Virus record (IMG/VR): IMGVR_UViG_3300010883_000017
Span: 1 to 64,000 of that record
DNA from: a virus
Strand: one strand, 5' to 3'
Length of the DNA stretch: 64,000 bases
Below are positions 58,631 to 64,000 of the stretch, piece by piece; positions within the stretch are counted from its first letter, which is position 1; every line of letters starts with the position of its first letter. Position numbers and translations under genes: made by a program. The notes under the pieces are model-generated. The model ran no database searches. It worked only from the letters and a program-made list of their open reading frames with translations, and had not been told where the DNA came from.

Positions 58631-58867
58631 ATGGACTGTGAACTATGCGGAAACGAAAAAGCTACCCAATACACAGCGACGGATTGGGGAGAAAGACATA
58701 TTTGTGACAACTGCGCACCACAGGTGCAGTTAACGATTCCACGGGAAAGTCCCGGGTTATCCGAAAGTCCTGTGGAAGAGGATCGCTTTAAGACGGCCGC
58801 GGAGCGATTCTTGCAAGACTTGGGAATCCCCAGGAATGGAGAGCGGCCCCCCAATAACCCCAAGTAG
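58631..58867 (+). CDS. small zinc-finger protein
   Basis: GGAGG RBS; CELC...ICDNC. Confidence 0.55.
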   Translation: MDCELCGNEKATQYTATDWGERHICDNCAPQVQLTIPRESPGLSESPVEEDRFKTAAERFLQDLGIPRNGERPPNNPK

Positions 58868-59172
58868 AAAAGGAGTGAACATGCGGGTACTCGGTTTCGA
58901 CGCTAACGGTAGCGTCATGCCAGTAGATGAACCTGGTGTGGTTCATCATTACCGCAACATCCGGCGTGTGCATCCGAACGGGAAGCATGCAAAGGTTGTT
59001 CTCGAGACCGAGCCGGGCGAATCCGGCGAGATCATTGAGATTAAGTGGACTGTCTTCCGGCGCTGTGTCAGGCGGGCAGAAGAAGTGAATTGACGTTTTT
59101 TAATTTTGAGGAGCCGCATTTTGGCGGGCCTCGTAGGAACCTTAAACCATTGACCAATAGAAGGACCAAGTT

Positions 59173-60624
59173 ATGAACATTATCAACACTATTGAAGAAC
59201 GCTACGAGCACGTGTTGCAGAGCTGTCGCGAAAACATGGCTACCCTTACGGGTAAGACCGTTTTTACAGTTCGACAGAACAGACGCGAAGGTACCCCGAC
59301 CCTTTTTGAAAAGGCCGCCATTCCCATTGAGCACCTCCATGTCCTGGATCTGTCTGTGAAGCAGATGCCGAATGGCGATCCAGGCCTGCTCTTTCGGCTG
59401 AACAACGCCAAGCCTCCCACTACGCAATACGCGGATACGGTGGGAGTGGGCGGCCAGGGTCCGCAGCAGGCGTTGGCGATGTGGCTCAATAAGGAGCCCA
59501 CCAGTGACGGCCGGGGTTCTTGTTTCGGCTGGGGCGATGAGCTCCTCGCCGTCGCCTTGACTATGGCGGAAGTGCTGGTTAGTAGTCCTGTTAACGGCCC
59601 CGTGCAATTGCCGCGGGTCCTTGGGACGAAGCCATCGCAGACGTTGTTGGAGTCTTTGCAGGCAGCTGCAGAAACTCCGGGAGACTACAGTGTTCTGCGG
59701 GCGCAGTGCAGCGGAGAGGTGACCTTTGTCTGTGAAGCGGAGCAGGGTCTTCCGGGCTATGTGCGCATAGTTCAGCAGTCGGATAGTTCCTCGCCGCTGT
59801 CACAGGAGTCTGTTCGGGCGGTTGCACTACCGGAAACTTCCGGCGCGGTGCAGGATGTTCCGGAGAGTGTGCCCCAGGGTTTCCAACCGCTTGTTGCGGA
59901 GGAAAATGTTCCCACCTGTGACGAGGTGGTGATCTTGCCCGGTACGCTCGCTGTTGTTACGGTTGGTCAGGTGGTCGAGATGGGTGACCCTATTTTGGAG
60001 CTGGACCCTGAAGCTGTGGGTCGTCTTTCAGAATCCCAAGTGACTGACTTGGCTGCGGTCGTAGAGTTTGCGGCACAATCGGGGCATTGTGCTGCCCTGG
60101 CTGTGGACACGCCGGTTATGCATATCGGCACGATGCCTCTATTCGCTGGTGTCGGTGCTACTATTCCTGCCGGGAAGCTTTACTTTGACATAGTCCAGAT
60201 GGTTGGTGTCGATGGCGCCCCGGTTTACCAGGTTGTCGACACTGGCCGTGGGATTATGTCGTCGAGCAACTTGCGGGTTGATCTTCGACCAACCGCCATC
60301 TCATGGCCGCGTCAGTCGGATTTTGTCCGGCCGTCAGCAGCGACGATCCGGCAGCAGGAAACCCGGCAGCGGACTCGAAAGTTACGCGGACTTGGTGAAG
60401 AGGCTGCCCTTGCGCAGCTCGTTACCGAGGCCATCGAGTTGCCCAGTCGTGATTATGATCTAAAACTAGATCATCTCTCGTCGGGACCTTTCCCCTTGGG
60501 AGTGGATATGGCGAAAGAGGTCCATACCTTCTCTATGCATATCCGAATGGGGGATCACGCTGCGCGTACGCCGGCTGAAAAAGCAGTACTCATTAATGAG
60601 TACCTGCAGGGATTTTGGCAGTAG
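59173..60624 (+). CDS. hypothetical protein with possible barrel-sandwich hybrid motif
   Basis: AAGGA RBS; LRAQCSGEV and VTVGQVVEMGDPI. Confidence 0.55.
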   Translation: MNIINTIEERYEHVLQSCRENMATLTGKTVFTVRQNRREGTPTLFEKAAIPIEHLHVLDLSVKQMPNGDPGLLFRLNNAKPPTTQYADTVGVGGQGPQQALAMWLNKEPTSDGRGSCFGWGDELLAVALTMAEVLVSSPVNGPVQLPRVLGTKPSQTLLESLQAAAETPGDYSVLRAQCSGEVTFVCEAEQGLPGYVRIVQQSDSSSPLSQESVRAVALPETSGAVQDVPESVPQGFQPLVAEENVPTCDEVVILPGTLAVVTVGQVVEMGDPILELDPEAVGRLSESQVTDLAAVVEFAAQSGHCAALAVDTPVMHIGTMPLFAGVGATIPAGKLYFDIVQMVGVDGAPVYQVVDTGRGIMSSSNLRVDLRPTAISWPRQSDFVRPSAATIRQQETRQRTRKLRGLGEEAALAQLVTEAIELPSRDYDLKLDHLSSGPFPLGVDMAKEVHTFSMHIRMGDHAARTPAEKAVLINEYLQGFWQ

Positions 60625-60727
60625 TTACTGTGAGAGCACCCGGAGCCATCACTTCGGGTGCTTTCTTCTTTTTGTACTGCGGACAGCTGTGATGGTAGTT
60701 GTCCGAAAATTAAGGAAGAGGTGAAAC

Positions 60728-61231
60728 ATGAAGTGGATCCTATGTGCGGTCTTAACCGCAGTGACTGCGGGTTGTGTTTGCGTACCGTGCGAGGGGGCAG
60801 AGTTGTTTGCAAGCCCGCCCGCGCGCATCGTGAAGGTCCATGGCCCGTGGATGTTAGTGCAACGCGGCGGCGAAAGCTGCTGGATGTACGACCCGTGTTA
60901 CGCGACAAGAAAGTTGCAAGACTCGGGTAAGAAGGTGTTGAAAGACACCGTGAATGTTATTGGCTGTACAGTTGAGACAGCTGGTGACATCGTTGTTGGG
61001 GCTGGCGCCCTGGTGGTAGGGACGGGGCACGAGATTCTTCAGCGCACTCATTGCGCAGTGAAGTGTCTGGTGTGCCCTAAACGTCCGTGCAAACCTGCGC
61101 CGAAGCCCAGACCTCCGGAAGTACGGAAGAAGGACCTACGTCCTCCGACCATCCTTATTCCGGAGGATGACGGGAAGAAAGACTCGCCTGCCGCGCAAGC
61201 GACCAGGCGCTGGATATTAACAGTGAGGTAG
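60728..61231 (+). CDS. secreted or lipoprotein-like hypothetical protein
   Basis: GAGGTG RBS; MKWILCAVLTAVTAGC lipobox-like N-terminus. Confidence 0.5.
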   Translation: MKWILCAVLTAVTAGCVCVPCEGAELFASPPARIVKVHGPWMLVQRGGESCWMYDPCYATRKLQDSGKKVLKDTVNVIGCTVETAGDIVVGAGALVVGTGHEILQRTHCAVKCLVCPKRPCKPAPKPRPPEVRKKDLRPPTILIPEDDGKKDSPAAQATRRWILTVR

Positions 61232-61239
61232 CTCCTTGC

Positions 61240-61960
61240 TGAAGGGTGGTGGTGGGGAATCGGAAACCCGTACCCCTCGCCATCACCCACTTTTATACAA
61301 CTGGCCTCGGAGGGTGTTTCGCCCTCCACGTGAAGAGGTAGTCGGACCAGGTCCTCACACGACCTCGCTCCGCGACGCCGCGCAGGACTTGGTCCTACGA
61401 TCGGCATATTGAAAGCATGGAGGCGCCCTGATTCACCTAACAGTGATGAAGGGCGTCCCTGGTGCTTTCCACCCTACAAGCCCCGGAGAGGTCGCTCCTC
61501 CCACGCTCCGAAAGGCGGGCGTCCGGGCAAAGGCCGAGTGGCGGAACTGGCAGACGCTCAGGACTTAAAATCCTGTGTCCTCACGGACGTGCGGGTTCGA
61601 GTCCCGCCTCGGCTACCATAAACCTCCGGAGAGTGTTTCGCTCTCCACGTGATGGGGGTTTCCCCGGGCCATCCGCTGGTTTCGCTACGCGAAAACGCAG
61701 CTACTGGCCCCGGGGACCAGGTGCGATTGGAGCATAAGGGGTGACGAGCCACAGCTATCGGGACATTAGTCCCGGGACGCCTAGGGTTCGTTGCCCCTAA
61801 ATTGCTCCCTCCCATCACACACGAGGTTTCTGCGCAGCTTGTTCGCTGCGCTCACTGCGCTGCGACGCTGCAGCCGGAGCTGCCGGCCTTCCGCGGCATT
61901 CTAAGCATAAGGGACGGCGGAGTGCCGGGGACAGTCTCCTCGCGCATAAACCGCCGTCCC
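61240..61960 (+). ncRNA. cluster of structured non-coding elements around tRNA-Leu
   Basis: Consecutive long stems (e.g. gaaagca...tgctttc, tccccgggcca...tggccccgggga, ggagca...tgctcc, ggacggcgg...ccgccgtcc) and a duplicated motif with covariation. Confidence 0.55.
61532..61618 (+). tRNA. tRNA-Leu (anticodon UAA)
   Basis: Acceptor ggccgag/ctcggct + A-CCA, D arm gcggaactggcagacgc, anticodon arm cagga-ctTAAaa-tcctg, long variable arm, T arm gcggg-ttcgagt-cccgc. Confidence 0.95.
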
Positions 61961-62127
61961 GGATTGCTTTCTTTCAATTTTCCCGTTATGGGGTATTCTG
62001 TTATGGATAACACAGAGTCATGGTTTAGTACTGTTTGTGTGTGGGTGGTATCACTTGGTTTTTTTAGTCTGATTTGGAAAGTGGCGGCTCATTTTTTTGA
62101 ATAATTCAATCCGCCAGTATGGCGGAC

Positions 62128-62148
62128 AGGGCTTCGGCCCTTTTTTTT
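62128..62148 (+). terminator. intrinsic terminator
   Basis: agggc-TTCG-gccct plus T-tract. Confidence 0.8.
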
Positions 62149-62228
62149 AGCTACCAGGGTTTAAGTACCGTGGCTGCCTTGGCCGCGCTAAGCTACACTT
62201 ACGTGTGTATTATTGTGGGAGAAGGTTT

Positions 62229-63044
62229 ATGGCGAAGAAGATCGTGGTGGATCCGTTTTTTGATGGGGTTGCGGTCCCGCCAACAGACGGCGAGGTAGAG
62301 TATGCTCCGGTTGAGGATACAGATATTGCTCGGATGTTGCCTCCAGGACCTAGCGGGTTACGCGGAACAGTTGTTCCAAAAGCCGCGGCTGACAATTTTG
62401 GCGCAACTACTGGTTGGCAGGCTGTAGCTCCTGTTAGAGCTGAGATGCATGTGGACCCAGATATACCAGGACAATCTACAGTTGTACGTTTAGATGAGAT
62501 GGGTGCCGAGCAAATAGCGGCGGCGTTAGCGGCAACTGACGGCGTCGATCCCCGCGTTCGGGTGTCCGCAGTCTATAATGCTCTTTCAGAGGGTTCTGTA
62601 GCGCCTACCGCGCAGGAGCAGGTTGTCTCCGCGGATATGTCACCACGGGAGGCTGCGGTGGGACCTTTGCAGGTTTTTAACTCGTCTAAGTCAGCGCCGC
62701 CACATAATGAAGTAGTTCAGGCGCCTGATAAAATGCAAACAAGGCCGCCTACTACGTGGGTTACATTTGAGATTGACGGGTTTGGCGAGCATCGCGCACC
62801 GTATCACCGTGTTATACATAGCAACAGCGCCCTTGTGTTAGTGTATGATACTAGCTGTGAGGGGGCGCAGCGGTTTTTTCCGCGGACTACGGATCAGCCT
62901 CTGGGTGTACATATTGCGGGGGAGTCTGTGGCTTACTATGCGCACACCACCGGCATCGAATTTTCTGATGCTGGTGTTGACTATTGCGTACTGTTAGTGG
63001 AGCGCGAGGCTCCGTTATCTGCGGATTCCGATGACATGGAGTAA
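62229..63044 (+). CDS. hypothetical protein
   Basis: GGAG/AAGG RBS before ATG 62229. Confidence 0.6.
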   Translation: MAKKIVVDPFFDGVAVPPTDGEVEYAPVEDTDIARMLPPGPSGLRGTVVPKAAADNFGATTGWQAVAPVRAEMHVDPDIPGQSTVVRLDEMGAEQIAAALAATDGVDPRVRVSAVYNALSEGSVAPTAQEQVVSADMSPREAAVGPLQVFNSSKSAPPHNEVVQAPDKMQTRPPTTWVTFEIDGFGEHRAPYHRVIHSNSALVLVYDTSCEGAQRFFPRTTDQPLGVHIAGESVAYYAHTTGIEFSDAGVDYCVLLVEREAPLSADSDDME

Positions 63045-63050
63045 TTAATT

Positions 63051-63233
63051 ATGCTGGAAAAGAATGGAGAAATTCGTGAGGGGCTTACTCCTCCGGAAGA
63101 GTGTAAGGATAAGAAGGTCTCATTACCTGAAGCCGCAGAGGATCTTCTTAAAGAAGCTGAAGTACGCTTCAAAAGATTGGAAGATCATATGACTACGCGG
63201 TCGCATACGCGCGTGACTGAGAATCTTCGCTAG
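63051..63233 (+). CDS. small hypothetical protein
   Basis: GGAG RBS. Confidence 0.5.
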   Translation: MLEKNGEIREGLTPPEECKDKKVSLPEAAEDLLKEAEVRFKRLEDHMTTRSHTRVTENLR

Positions 63234-63260
63234 TACGGTCACCAAGGATGGAATGCGCTC

Positions 63261-64000
63261 ATGGGCAGTCTCAACTCATTCGGTAACAACTCAACAATGT
63301 CTGGAAGAGGTTCGGAAGCATTTCCGGACCCTTTCTGTGATGTTTCATCGTTGTACATGCCGGAGACGATGACAGATGCGCTCAGGTGGTGTGAGTACAT
63401 CTTCATGGCAAACGGCGTTTATCGTCAGGCGTGTGATCGTATTGTTTCCTACTTCATTACGGAGATAGAAGTAGTTGGCGACGATAGAGAAGAGAAGAAT
63501 AAGTTTAAGGATTTTCTTTACAACCATGTAGGTATTCAAAACCTACTGCACACCATTGGCATGGATTACTTGTGCTACGGTAATTCCTTTACTAGTACGA
63601 TTGTTCCGATTCGCCGGTATCTATCTTGCCCTAAGTGTGGATTAGAGCTGCCACTAGGAAAGGTCTTTAACGAGCCCGCCTTTAAATTTCAGTGGAAGGG
63701 CTTTGAGTTCATGGCTCACTGTCCCAAGTGTAAGCACAGCGGTGCTTGGAAGCACGTAGATAGGCGCGCACTTGAAGAAGAGAATCTGATTGTCAAGCGC
63801 TGGTCGCCGCATGAGATGGAGCTGCTGTACGACCCGTTGACTGATGATACTTCTTATATCTGGAAGATTCCGGAGGATTATAAGAAGCAGGTTAGAGAGG
63901 GAACTCTTTACCACCTAGAGCGCGCAAACTGGGAGATTATCCAAGCGGTTAAAAACGACCAGCATCTTCGTTTTGATAAAGACGTTATTTACCATATGAA
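63261..64000 (+). CDS. putative portal protein, N-terminal part (runs off the window)
   Basis: Open frame from ATG 63261, absent from the ORF track: FPDPF.D....MP.....ALRWCEYI....VYRQA..RIVSYF, DYLCYGNSF (portal-like GN motif), CPKC pairs. Confidence 0.6.
   Translation, partial: MGSLNSFGNNSTMSGRGSEAFPDPFCDVSSLYMPETMTDALRWCEYIFMANGVYRQACDRIVSYFITEIEVVGDDREEKNKFKDFLYNHVGIQNLLHTIGMDYLCYGNSFTSTIVPIRRYLSCPKCGLELPLGKVFNEPAFKFQWKGFEFMAHCPKCKHSGAWKHVDRRALEEENLIVKRWSPHEMELLYDPLTDDTSYIWKIPEDYKKQVREGTLYHLERANWEIIQAVKNDQHLRFDKDVIYHM

Noticed and set aside
61409-62104. ORFs overlapping the tRNA-Leu region
   Set aside because: They overlap a clear tRNA and dense hairpins and lack RBS; only a short ORF near 62003-62104 might be real

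Overview
This 64-kb window is a segment of a large tailed-phage genome, coded almost entirely on the + strand. It carries a GpA-type terminase large subunit, a portal-like gene running off the right edge, and a full replication/recombination block (SbcCD, SF2 helicase, DnaB, DnaG, UDG-fused family-A polymerase, RecA-like, DnaQ-like, RuvC-like). It also has nucleotide-sugar auxiliary genes (rmlA, rmlB, hldE, cupin, sulfotransferase, glycosyltransferase), two csrA copies, a cold-shock gene, RNase H, a retron-type reverse transcriptase and two tRNAs (Glu-CUC, Leu-UAA). The main discovery is a non-coding array at 10749-10868 and 11797-12810 with eight units. Each unit is GATCYAAG, then a unique tract with a hidden 5-nt periodicity (consensus about AGY-NN), then a 12-13-bp GNRA-capped hairpin and a U-tract; the last unit ends in a different GC-rich hairpin. 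A tRNA-Glu sits between two units. The same pentamer tract recurs in the 5' leader of a nearby stand-alone Cas7/RAMP-like gene (14052-14846). I infer an RNA-guided RAMP-filament system with a gapped pentamer code, VIPR-like but with an AGY rather than GGY scaffold. A second RAMP-like gene lies beside an IS110-like-motif gene and a helicase. All calls are by eye from motifs; no searches or folding programs were run.
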